Of a DNA stretch of 64,000 bases, positions 24,608 through 36,000 are shown one piece after another (within the stretch, counting starts at the first letter, position 1; each line of letters begins with the position of its first letter). The translations under genes and the position numbers were made by a program. The stretch covers positions 558,001-622,000 of the forward strand of contig NW_003314261.1 in NCBI RefSeq assembly GCF_000143415.4. Direction: 5' to 3'. Under the pieces are notes generated by a model, which saw nothing but the letters and a program-made list of their open reading frames with translations, did no database searches and was not told the origin of the DNA. Source of the DNA: Selaginella moellendorffii (taxonomy: Eukaryota > Plantae > Lycopodiophyta).

Positions 24608-26410
24608 ATGGCGATCAAGAACAAAGAAATCGAATCGTATGCCTCGCTGCTAAAGTCTTGCGGAGAGTCGAGAGATTTAGCCGAGGGAAAGAGCGTGGTT
24701 GTATGCATTGCCAAGAGCAAGTATAGGAGGAATCTTTATCTCGCCAATCTCACCATTGAGATGTATGGCAAGTGTGGATGCCTGGAGCGCGCACAACACG
24801 TCTTTGACGCCTTGGTAGCTCCAAATTCCCACTCCTGGAATATTCTCCTCACGGCATATGCCCAAAATGGGCATATCCACGAGGCGATGCTTTTGTTCGA
24901 GAGAATGGCAGTGAGAGATGCTGTGTCCTGGACAGTGATGCTCAAAACGCTGGCCCAGCACGGCCGGATCGAGCTAGCCATGCTACTCTTCCAAAAGATT
25001 CCACGCAAGGATCAAGTCGCGTGGAATGTTCTCCTCTCGGCTCTTTGCGATTCTTCGAATCCACTCCAGGCTGTGGACTTCTTCGAGAAGATGCCCGAGA
25101 AGGATTCTGTGTCGTGGAACACGATGATCACGCTCTATGCCCGCGCTGGAGAGATCAATCAGGCAATAGATATGTTCAAAGGAACTCCATTTCGTGACAC
25201 CGTATCGTGGAATATTGTCATAGAATCTCTGGCTCACCATGGAATGATCGCCCAAGCATTCGAAATGTTCCAAAAGATGCCAAATCCAAACGTTATCACC
25301 TGGACCATCCTCGTAACGGCATATGCCCAGCTTGGGAATATGCAACAGGCACATTCCCTGTTCGAGAAGATGCCGAGCCCCAACGTGGTGACGTGGACGG
25401 TCATGGTCCTGGGATATTCTCGTTTTGGGAATCTTTCCAAGGCAAGGGCAATGTTCGACCAGATGCCGCAACGAAACGTCATCGTCTGGAACATCTTGGT
25501 GACGGCATATGCCAATAGAGGGCATATTCGCGAGGCGGAGATTCTATTCCAGAAAATGCCCGAGAAGAACGTGGTGTCGTGGACGGCTATGATCGCAGCT
25601 CATGCCCGGAATGGCGCGGCAATGGACGCCATCCGGATGTTCAAGCTCATGGATCTAGAGGGCTTACAACCAGACAAGGCAACGTTTCTCACAGTTCTCG
25701 ATCGATCCATCGTCTACAGCGATCTTGGATTGGGGAAATTGGTCCACTCCACATTCGCGAATCTAGGGCTCGAGCAAGACGCTGGAATCGGCAATGCGCT
25801 GGTGGAGATGTACGGAAAATGGGGCAGCGTGGAGGAGGCCAGGTGTGCGTTTGAGAGCACAGTCACGCCGGATACCGCCACGTGGAACTCGCTGATTGGC
25901 GCGTGCGCACAGAGTGGGCATGCTACGGAGGCGCGCGAGCTCTACCGGCTTATGACATTGGAGGGAATCCCGCCCAATGGGCTGACGTTCATGGCCGTCC
26001 TCTCGACGTTTAGCCGCGTTGGTCTCCTCGACCAAGCGCGTGATCAATTCGTGTCGATTCACAGCGATTTCGATCAGATTCCACTTCTAGAACACTACCA
26101 GTGTATGATCGATCTCCTGGGTCGATCCGGATGGCTCAATTTCGCGGCGCAGCTCGTCGATTCCATGCCCTTCGAGGCCGATTTCGTGACGTGCATGGCG
26201 CTGCTCTTCGCGTGCCGGGTTCACGTGGATGTCACACGTGGCAGGGACGTGGCGGAGAGGGCCTTCCAGCTGGACCCGGAGAATCCCATGCCGTACGTCG
26301 TGCTGTCCAGTATATACTCTGAGTACGGCGTCAGGAGGGCCGTCCGATCGTTTCGTGAGAGGTGCAGCGGTCCACGTCCGCATTCCAAACGGCCATTGGT
26401 GGCACGTTAA
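24608..26410 (+). CDS. PLS-class PPR protein rich in short repeats, E subgroup
   Basis: Tandem 31-aa repeats (FEKMP..NVVTWT), HYQCMIDLLGRSG, PYVVLSSIY; first ATG in the ORF is at 24608. Confidence 0.93.
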   Translation: MAIKNKEIESYASLLKSCGESRDLAEGKSVVVCIAKSKYRRNLYLANLTIEMYGKCGCLERAQHVFDALVAPNSHSWNILLTAYAQNGHIHEAMLLFERMAVRDAVSWTVMLKTLAQHGRIELAMLLFQKIPRKDQVAWNVLLSALCDSSNPLQAVDFFEKMPEKDSVSWNTMITLYARAGEINQAIDMFKGTPFRDTVSWNIVIESLAHHGMIAQAFEMFQKMPNPNVITWTILVTAYAQLGNMQQAHSLFEKMPSPNVVTWTVMVLGYSRFGNLSKARAMFDQMPQRNVIVWNILVTAYANRGHIREAEILFQKMPEKNVVSWTAMIAAHARNGAAMDAIRMFKLMDLEGLQPDKATFLTVLDRSIVYSDLGLGKLVHSTFANLGLEQDAGIGNALVEMYGKWGSVEEARCAFESTVTPDTATWNSLIGACAQSGHATEARELYRLMTLEGIPPNGLTFMAVLSTFSRVGLLDQARDQFVSIHSDFDQIPLLEHYQCMIDLLGRSGWLNFAAQLVDSMPFEADFVTCMALLFACRVHVDVTRGRDVAERAFQLDPENPMPYVVLSSIYSEYGVRRAVRSFRERCSGPRPHSKRPLVAR

Positions 26411-26522
26411 CGGTAGCAGACACGTCACGCCCGCCACGCGGCCGTCCGAAAGTTCTCTGCTCCGTACACGTGTCAGGCAGCGACGGTGCCTCGACATTCC
26501 CGCTCGGACACAATCGACGGCT

Positions 26523-28632
26523 GGGAAAAAAGCCAGGCTTTCTACTACGCGTTGCTTTCTCGTGGGGTAAGGTCCACCCTAGGCCTTTACACTGTTCTCT
26601 CATTCCATTCTCATTTTCTCTTTCTCCCTTACCCGGGACGCCGCCTATTCCCGATCGATCGAGCGATGGCGCAAGCAAGCAATGCAGCGATTGCTAGCCG
26701 TTTCTCGAGCTCTAGATAGGAGAAATCTATCCATTCTTCCATCGTCCATTGTCGCGTAGCACAGCTAGAGCGCTGCGTCACAGGGTTTAGGCGCTCCTTG
26801 CTCGCCAAGCAAACGGGAAAGGCAAATTGATCCAGCGCGCAATCGCAAGCGTCGGGAGCGTTTAAATGCTCGTTGCCGGCGGTATTCCAGGCCTCGATCG
26901 ACAAACCCCATCGTCATTCATCGGTTTTTTGGGAGAAATATCGATCCAGAAGGTATTCCATGCATCCTCTCTCTAGATCTTGTGACATCAATGCGCCGCT
27001 GTTCATCGTCTAGGTCTCTTCGGGCGAGGATTTCTCTGCGATTTCTCCCCCACGCTGTGGTTTGACATCGAAATATTTGTTTATGTGCTACAGGAGGGCG
27101 CCTTGATCCATCCGGACGCCTCTCTCTGTTGCTGATGGAATAGATTCTCAGATCGATCGATCGATACCAATCATCGCCAGGGTCGTTGCCAGGAATTGGA
27201 GAAAGGTTTACTTTAGAACAGGAAGGTAGGCCTACAGGAATTTAGAACAGGGAAGGAAGTAGACAAAGAAAAAGAAGAAATGGGTAACCAGAGCAGCCGG
27301 TCACTCTCGCCAGGAGAAAGTTTGAGCAGCATAGATCTCAGCGAGTACGAGAGAGTATGTGCCATGGATCCAGACGTGAGAAAATTTGGGGATGGGCTCA
27401 AGGAACGAACAGAAAGGGTGCTCCAGAGCATGGCGGCCGGGGTGGACGAGAGGGGACTTTCATTCCAGTCGTTAAAGGATGTGACCACCAGCTTTTTAGA
27501 GCTCGACCAGGAGGTTGTGAACGTAATTCTCAACTACAAGAAGGACGTGTGGGCAAGCGACTCGCTGTTTGAGCTGGTCAAGGACTACTTCGACAACAGC
27601 ATGGCTACGCTAGACTTTTGCGAGGAGCTAAACAAGTGTATCAAACAGGCCAGGGAGAACCAGATGTCGATCCAGGTAGCGATCAACATGATGCCCAGCG
27701 AAGGAGATCCAAACGAGGAGCAGTGCCAGGCAATTCTCAAAGAGCTCAACCAGTACGTGGACGCCGGCAACCCCTTCACGGACGAGTTCATGGAGAAGTT
27801 CCAGACCGTCTACCAGAAGCAGATGGAGCTGCAGAGAAAGCTTCAGGCGAAGAAGAAGTCGCTGGACAGGAAGCTGCGGTATGTCCGCGGCTGGACGAAG
27901 GTGTCGACGATCATCTACGCTGCGACTTGCGCGGCGCTGGTGATCTGTGCGGTGGTGGCGGCGGTGATGACAGTCCCAGCGATCGTAGGGGCGGTGGCAG
28001 CGGTATCGTCGATGCCACTCGAGACCCTGGGAAGATGGATCAAGTCCTTCCTCACCAAGTACGAGAAGGAGCTCCAGGCACGCCGGGATCTGATGAGAGA
28101 AGCGAACTTCAAGACGTTTGTGACGATCAAGGAGATGGACACGATACGAGCGCTCATCAACAGCCTCAGGAACTCCATGGAATCGATCGTCCACTGCATA
28201 CAGTTTGGGCAGAGGCACGCGGACGGCTTTGGCATGCATCTGGTGGTGGAGCAGCTCAAGAGCCGGCAGAGCGCATTCATTCGGGATCTGGACGAACTGG
28301 AGGAGCACGTCGATCGCTGCAGCAGGGACATCCGGAGGGCCAGACTGGTGGTTCTTCGCCGGATCGTCAAGAAGAGATCCAAGAGCTTGTGAGAATTGGT
28401 GGACAGCTCTCGCGGCTCGCCAGGATGATCGTTTGAAGTAGCTTCTCCATCCTCATCTGTGCTCCAAAGTTTCGAGAAAACAAAAAAACATTGATTCATT
28501 GTAAATAATAGTTAGGTCAATAAATTTTCAATGGTCAGCCCTAAGCCAATGATAAAAGGGTCAACAAATGGTCAACAGCTTTAAATGCGGAGGATCGCTG
28601 GCCACCGCCATTGCAGCACAGGCAGCGCTGGC
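26523..28632. repeat. Right arm of the inverted duplication (partner 8115-10152)
   Basis: Ends in ctggccaccgccattgcagcacaggc, the 5' coding start of the PPR gene at 8189. Confidence 0.93.
27280..28392 (+). CDS. UPF0496/DUF677 family protein, copy B
   Basis: 370 aa; differs from copy A by about three substitutions plus the C-terminus. Confidence 0.9.
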   Translation: MGNQSSRSLSPGESLSSIDLSEYERVCAMDPDVRKFGDGLKERTERVLQSMAAGVDERGLSFQSLKDVTTSFLELDQEVVNVILNYKKDVWASDSLFELVKDYFDNSMATLDFCEELNKCIKQARENQMSIQVAINMMPSEGDPNEEQCQAILKELNQYVDAGNPFTDEFMEKFQTVYQKQMELQRKLQAKKKSLDRKLRYVRGWTKVSTIIYAATCAALVICAVVAAVMTVPAIVGAVAAVSSMPLETLGRWIKSFLTKYEKELQARRDLMREANFKTFVTIKEMDTIRALINSLRNSMESIVHCIQFGQRHADGFGMHLVVEQLKSRQSAFIRDLDELEEHVDRCSRDIRRARLVVLRRIVKKRSKSL

Positions 28633-29389
28633 ATAGTAGAGGGATTTTATGTTTCTAGATGGGAACCACAAGATCTAAAACAGGTCATAGAAAATTAATA
28701 TTCTAGGGAAGAGGTACAAAATGAAATTAATTAATGTTTTAAAATAGAGTTTTCCAACAATAAAAAATTCTAATATATATTAAATCCCTTTGTAGTTTTT
28801 AAAAGAAATATATTAAAATAATTAATTTTAATTAATTTTCTTTAAAATTATAAAAAACTAGAAGAGAAACTTATTGAGCAAATGTAACATTATCCAAGAT
28901 AAGCCATCTCCCCTTAATAATAAAATGTTTATAAATTATACCATAAATATAAAATACTCAGAATTAGTACAAATACTTTATTAAATGAAAGTACTTTAAA
29001 ATATAATGTATTTATTTTTTGGAAGAACAACAGTTTTATAATATGATTAGTATAGAAAATAGTTTTTTTTAACAGAAGGACTTGGTTCATAGAAATATAA
29101 AATATCTATAAAAATAGCATGAGAATTAAATTAATCAGGGAAGAGGGTGTACTAATATAATGATTATTAGAAACAAAGTGAATACAAGAATAAAAAATTT
29201 TACAATATATATTTATTAAATGGATATTATTTATGTTCAATTCTCCAGAGAAACCAAGGGTATATAGTTTTCAGAAAAACAGTAGTTTTAAAGTCCATTC
29301 ATTTAGATCAAATGTGAGAATTTCACCTAATCAATTTCATCAGATTTTCCCTTACAGTACTATGTACACCAAACTTGAATCGACAATGA

Positions 29390-31707
29390 CTATATCAAGC
29401 ATTGCATGAACTGGTCGACCTTGACATTTTCATTGTATCCACACTTCCAAAACAGGTCCCTCAGCCTTCGGATGGCAACCACGGGACCAGCCCGCTTGCA
29501 TTTGTCTATAACCTCCTCCTGAAACTCGGATTCCAGAGAAAAACACCTTGTCTTTCTGTCAGCCGCCTCAGTGGGGCTAACAGCTCGCCCGTCTTGCCTT
29601 GTAGCGCGAGAAACACCACCACGTAAAAAAGACACTCCAAGTCACTTGACAAGCAGCACTTCCCATTAAGAAGCGTCTGAACTGCTGTGAAGGCAAGAGT
29701 GCCCACTGCTTTACCTGGCAAACCACCCGTGACCGCAGAGCCAAAGTCGACCAAGTAGGGATGAATACCACCATGTCGATCAGTCCCAAACACGATGTTA
29801 CCGATCGAAACGTCTCCATGAACAACACCCTCGCGGGAGAAACGGCCCAGTGTCATAGCAACCCCTCTAGCCAGGCTCAGGATTGCTTCAGCTTGCATGT
29901 CCAGCGTTATCTGCTGACAGTATCTCGTTACCAAGTAGCAATCCCCGTTTTGTAGCTTGCCACTGTAAAGAATAGGCAGCACACCGGCAACCTTCTTCTC
30001 AGTAAGCATGCCAAGAACGAAAAGCTCATCGTCCATACCCGGGCAGATCTTCACTGCAACGTCTGTCAAACTCTGTCCCTGTACCAGATTTGCCTTATAA
30101 ACAAGGCAACCTCGATCTGAAGGAGAGGCATGCTTACGACCTTTGAGCGGATCATTGACAAGCACGGATAGCGACGCAGCTCGGCTGAGATAAGAAGCTC
30201 CCAATCTTTCCTCCTGTTTGTTCACGAAAGGAGAAAAACAAAGAGAAGAAGAAAATAAAAAAGGCACATCACTCTCTTCTCCAGTTGTCGACGCGATTTG
30301 CTCGTCGCTACACAATCCCAATTTGGTGGAGTTTGATCGGAACTGGACACCTAAGAACATGACACGCAACTTAACATCCTTTTGGCAAAGTCTCTATCGA
30401 ATCGAACCTTGAAAGTGCGATGTCTACAATTGATTCATTTCCTTGCCAAGTGCCTGTTTTCTTCCTTCCTGGAACAAAGGTGGATTGGAAAAAAAACAAA
30501 CACTCCAAGAAAGAACATTCGACTATAGCGCACTAACCTGGCTGCGTGTTCTTGCCTCCGATTCTCAAACCAATCCAAAACGCGTTTCCTTGGGACGTGA
30601 GTCAGCTCAACGATGTTTTGGATCAAAGCACCCTGCTCGAAAACCACGAGTTTAGTTAGAAAAAACACCGAAAGATTTGATCGAAAACTCACAGTCGGCC
30701 TCTTCGTACGTTGGAACACCTTCTCAAAAGTTTCCAAGTGTTCTTTCCGGATTCTCTTCTTCCCGTACCACGCCTTTGGACCTGTTCCTTGAGTATCACC
30801 CGGCAAGCCTATCCTTTCTACACGAGGAGAGTCGTTTTCCTCTTTGCCAGCTTCGCTATCTTGTTCTTGAGTGCCTGTTTGATCTTCGGGCTTGTCTTCT
30901 TCCTCGTCCGATTCCTTGTCGGATATCGAGTCAATCAGTTCGATGAGCTCCGGTGGAGGATCGCGTAGAAAGGTAAGAGCAGTCTGAGGCCAAATCCCTC
31001 CTCGAGACCCCAAGGATATCGTTGTGTAAATGTAAACTGATTCTTCTCGTCGGCCATATCCAGCTTCTGAACCTGGATTTCCCGTCTACAGAGCAACACC
31101 GCATACGCAAACTTCCTGCTCGATTGGGCCCTCTTTATAGCATTTAGCCTTGCTGTGGTTTCTCCCAAACATTCCGTGTATACTTCGGCTAACTCGTCCT
31201 TGAGCTCCATAACAAAAGCCACCAGCGACCACGATAGAGCGGCCGTGTCCGCAGTGCGAAAAGAGTAGTCCGGTTTATCTGAAGAACCGGGAATATCAGA
31301 CCTGCTCGTGTCCTGCGCTATGCAGCCCATCCGATAACTTGCATTTTCTACACGGCTTCCCTGCTCCAAGATGCGAATGATCCTACCAATTGCCAGCTGA
31401 ACTTCCCTTATCATCCATCTCTTTGTCGCGAGTCCGAGCCTCTTCCAAAGCGAGATCGATCAGACTTTTCTGTCCAACTTGTTCAAGAAGATAAGTTATT
31501 GCTGCCCCCAGTTGCGGTGCGTCTGTAAACTAACTTGTGATCTCCGAGGAGCATGAAAAGTTGTAGTCGTCGCTTTCTATTACTTGTCTACCGATGCCAA
31601 CATACGACGTCGTAGTCTTCTGGCGCTTGGCAAAAGCCTTTTCTGTGGCCGCCTCAACCATGCGCTCGATCTCTATAAAAGCACAGAGAGATGAGTGAAA
31701 ATATCAT
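29390..31707 (-). pseudogene. Disrupted inverted copy of the nuclease-kinase gene at 32299-34264
   Basis: Near-identical peptides in ORFs 30935-31414, 29506-30369 and 29390-29635. Lacks exon 1, has an internal deletion, a frameshift at GKTYWGR and a ~830-bp foreign insert. Confidence 0.88.
30435..30977 (-). pseudogene. OCP3: Captured 3' fragment of an OCP3-like homeodomain gene with introns
   Basis: FLRDPPPELI...KRIRKEHLETFEKVFQRTKRPT|GALIQNIVELTHVPRKRVLDWFENRR resembles the OCP3 C-terminal homeodomain; no 5' part present. Confidence 0.7.
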
Positions 31708-32298
31708 TTTCCAAAACCGATTTTTCACTGGACATAATAGCTACGTGATTAATTTTATCCGATATGGATATTGTTGACAAGAACATAGGTTATGCCATTC
31801 TCCAAACAGACTATGTCTCCAACCAGAAGATGTTTCCAGGAAAACAAACGAGCTTATATTGTTGGGCTGAACGTCATGTCTCAATTTTGTATGTGTTGGG
31901 ATTGTTGGGTACAAACTCCATCCACTTGACCTGTAAATGTTCTGCAAAAAACACCTCCATCACATATCTAATTCTTCTCTCGATTCTCATGAAGGAAATT
32001 CATGAGAAACCACATCCAAAACCAAATAGAAGTTGTTCCAAATGTTCGACACAATGCATGCTTTGATATACAAGTCCAGTAACAGGTCAGACCTTAGCAA
32101 AGTGCCTTGGTCAAGTGTACAAGATGTATAGGATTGTAATCAACATGTCTCTTGTATGAGATTTGCTCTCCTTGATAACAGAAGCCATTGTTAAGACCCC
32201 GGCAAAGACAATGAGTTTCTCCGATTCCAGGCCATCCACAGAGCTATATTCTTGGGATATTTTATTGGGCCATATATATATATAGTTTAGGGTTTTCC

Positions 32299-34264
32299 AT
32301 GGAGGGGATTTGGGTGCGGCATGCGGGGGGAGATGAAGCGCTGTGGTTTCCGTTGCTGCAGGGCGATCTTCCGATTGCCAGCATTGCTGGCTCGTGGCGT
32401 CTGGATCCTGCTACCTTGCGTCTAGGCCATTTTGCTCTAGTGCCGGGCGCCATGGAGTTGGAGGTGATCAGGCAGCTTGCGGTGTCTGCTGGGCTTGGTG
32501 ACGGACGCTCTCAGCAGACCCCGATCGTGATCCGCGGGTGGAAAGCTTCTCCCGCTGGAGGATTAGCAAGTAGCGGTGCGTTGCGTGATCTGATATTTTC
32601 AGTCATCTCTCTGTGCTTTTATAGAGATCGAGCGCATGGTTGAGGCGGCCACAGAAAAGGCTTTGGCCAAGCGTCAGAAGACTACGACGTCGTATGTTGG
32701 CATCGGTAGACAAGTAATAGAAAGCGACGATTACAACTTTTCATGCTCCTCGGAGATCACAAGTCAGTTTACAGATGCACCGCAAGTGGGGGCAGCAATG
32801 ACTTATCTTCTTGAACAAGTTGGACAGAAAAGTCTGATCGATCTCGCTTTGGAAGAGGCTCGGACTCGCGACAAAGAGATGGATGATAAAGGCTCCAAAT
32901 GCGAGAGATATCGCAAGGAGGACCTGGGTTACAGATATATTCGAGGCCACGAGATAGAAGTTCAGCTGGCAATTGGCAGGATCATTCGCTTCTTGGAGCA
33001 GGGAAGCCGTGAAGAAAATGCAGGTTATCGGATGGGCTGCATAGCGCAGGACACGAGCAGGTCTGGTATTCCCGGTTCTTCAGATAAACCGGACTACTCT
33101 TTTCGCACTTCGGACACGGCCGCTCTATCGTGGTCGCTGGTGGCTTTTGTTATGGAGCTCAAGTACGAGTTAGCCGAAGTATACATGGAATGTTTGGGAG
33201 AAACCACAGCAAGGCTAAATGCTATAAAGGGGGCCCAATCGAGCAGGAAGTTTGCGTATGCGGTGTTGCTCTGTAGACGGGAAATCCAGGTTCAGAAGCT
33301 GGATATGGCCGACGAGAAGAATCAGTTTACATTTACACAACGATATCCTTGGGGTCTCGAGGAGGGATTTGGCCTCAGACTGCTTGTCGGAATCCTGCTG
33401 GCCGACGGGCGTGTGCATGGATTCAGTCCTCCTCCACAGATGCAGGGCCGCATAACTTTGGCGGATGGGAGTTATCTGCAGGACATGAAAGTCGTTGCTC
33501 TCAAAGGTCGTAAGCATGCCTCTCCTTCAGATCGAGGTTGCCTTGTTTGTAAGGCAAATCTGGTACAGGGACAGAGCTTGACAGACGTTGCAGTGAAGAT
33601 CTGCCCGGGTATGGACGATGAGCTTTTCGTTCTTGGCATGCTTACTGAGAAGAAGGTTGCTGGTGTGCTGCCTATTCTTTACAGTGGCAAGCTACAAAAC
33701 GGGGATTGCTACTTGGTAACGAGATACTGTCAGCAGATAACGCTGGACATGCAAGCTGAAGCAATCCTGAGCCTGGCTAGAGGGGTTGCTATGACACTGG
33801 GCCGTTTAGCCCGTGAGGGTGTTGTTCATGGAGACGTTTCGATCGGGAACATCGTGTATGGGACTGATGGACATGGTGGCATTCATCCCTATTTGGTCGA
33901 CTTTGGCTCTGCGGTCACGGGTGGTTTACCAGGCAAAGCAGTGGGCACTCTTGCCTTCGCAGCAGTTCAGACGCTTCTTAATGGGAAGTTCTGCTTGTCA
34001 AGTGACTTGGAGTGTCTTTTTTACGTGGTGGTGTTTCTCGCGCTACAAGGCAAGACTTACTGGGGACGAGCTGTTACCCCCACTGAGGCGGCTGACAGGA
34101 AGACAAGGTGTTTTTCTCTGGAATCCGAGTTTAAGAAGGAGGTTATAGACAAATGCAAGCGGGCTGGTCTCGTGGTTGCCATCCGAAGGCTGAGGGACCT
34201 GTTCTGGAAGTGTGGATACAATGAAAATGTCCAGGTCGACCAGTTTGTGCAATGCTTGATATAG
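32299..34264 (+). CDS. Crinkler-like protein: small N-terminal header + PD-(D/E)xK nuclease + fungal-type (FunK1-like) kinase; exons 32299-32575 and 32625-34264
   Basis: A phase-1 GT-AG intron joins the two ORFs. Nuclease motif KPD..ELK..LGE..Q..R; kinase motifs VAVK, HGDVSIGN, DFG, GTLAF, DLECLFYV. Confidence 0.78.
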
Positions 34265-34319
34265 TTGTATGTTCATTGTCGATTCAAGTTTGGAGTACAC
34301 AGGGAAAATCTGAAGAATT

Positions 34320-36000
34320 GAATTACAGTTGTTTTCCTTAATTACCCTTGGTTTTTCTTTTTCTAACCCTATTAAAGCATAAAATATATTTCTATACAGA
34401 TATATTAGTTAAGAATTAATTGAAAACTAAGCTTTTAAATTTTAGTACATAATCAATGAAGTCAATTTAAAATTTATTATTTATAATTATATAGAAAATA
34501 CTTTTACAAGACTATATAGTCATTTATGTTCTTTTACTTTGTCTCAATTTATGCTATAAATTTATTTAAAATCTAAAACATTATGTAAATAGCTATTATT
34601 TAATTGTAAATATATATTAATTAAATTTATATCTTTACTTCTATTGAGTTTCCAAATATTGAGTATGAACTACCAGTATCAATATAGTGATTCATAAGTT
34701 TTATAACATATAATTTTAAAACTTCATAAATAATTTTTATAGTTACTTATTAGTGATTTTCACATATATAACATTTAACCTAAAAAAGTTTCAATATTAA
34801 ATTATAAAACCTCTCTAAATTTTTTTTTCAACTAAATGCTTTACTCAATTAAGTGAATTTTTTTAAAAATTATTGTTAATTAATTTATAAATGCATTTGA
34901 TTATTTTGTATGAATATTAAAAATATTGCAATGTTTTGAATCACTATGTAGTTATAAACTACTGTTAATAAATAAAAATTATATCAATGTCACTTAATAA
35001 ATATTAAGGTGCTTTGTATGAAAAAAAAATTGGGATAAAATTTTAGTAATTTTATTATATTGATATAAATAAATGATATAAAATAGTATAATAGTAATTA
35101 TGAAATCTTAAAAGTAAGTTAAAAATTTTATTTCAGACTAGTGTATGCAAATATTGATAAACTTTTTGATAATGAATAGTTATGTTATGAGATATCATAT
35201 AGTGATCAGAAATATCAATTATGTTAATATTTATATACTATAAGCTACTTATATGAGGGTTATAAAAATATTATTTATAAAAAGTAGTTTTTTTATTTTA
35301 CAAGAAAATTTGTGAGATAATTCTTTGTTTAAGAATTTTCAAGAAGTTCTCTATCTAATGATTTTAAGTTTATATATTTACTTTATATAGAGTCATATTT
35401 ATAGAGTAGTAACAATCATTGAATAAAACTAATAAATACTTGTATTTGAAATATAAAGGAAATGCTTTTTTTCTTTACTCTAGAATAAAATAAAGATTTT
35501 ATTATTATAAAATAGTAAATATTTTTTTATGAATCTTATGTTTCAATACATTGTTAATTTTTTATGATGAAATTGTATTTTACAATGTGTGAGGGCTAAG
35601 TTCTATGCACTCACAAGTGGTATATACCTCATAATTTTCAAATAAAATCATTTAATTATTTTTTAAACTAGTTTTGTGACATTCGCATTTATTTTCAAAA
35701 CAAAGCTAGTTGCAAAAAATTAATTTTTTGTTAGAAAAATTAATTTTCAAAAACAAAATTTAAAATTTTTATCTTTTAATACCAGTTTTTTTACCACTAT
35801 AGTATGCAATTGTCCTATAACAGAGTTTATATGAAATTTTTATTTTTGATATAAAATTAAAAAAGTGAAAAAACTTAAATAAATTACACAACCATTCCCA
35901 GGTATTACATTTGCAAATTAAACAAAGCACAATGAATGAATTATTAAAGAAAATGAACAAAAGTTTTTTACCAAATGCAAAGTATTGTTAGTTAATGGGT
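34320..36000. other. Extremely AT-rich non-coding tract, probably decayed transposon DNA
   Basis: Almost no CG dinucleotides and no credible ORF. Confidence 0.4.

Noticed and set aside
27618-28436. Long alternative-frame and antisense ORFs over DUF677, PPR, RING and 14-3-3 genes
   Set aside because: Expected shadows of GC-rich coding sequence with no recognisable motifs; conservation between copies only reflects recent duplication.
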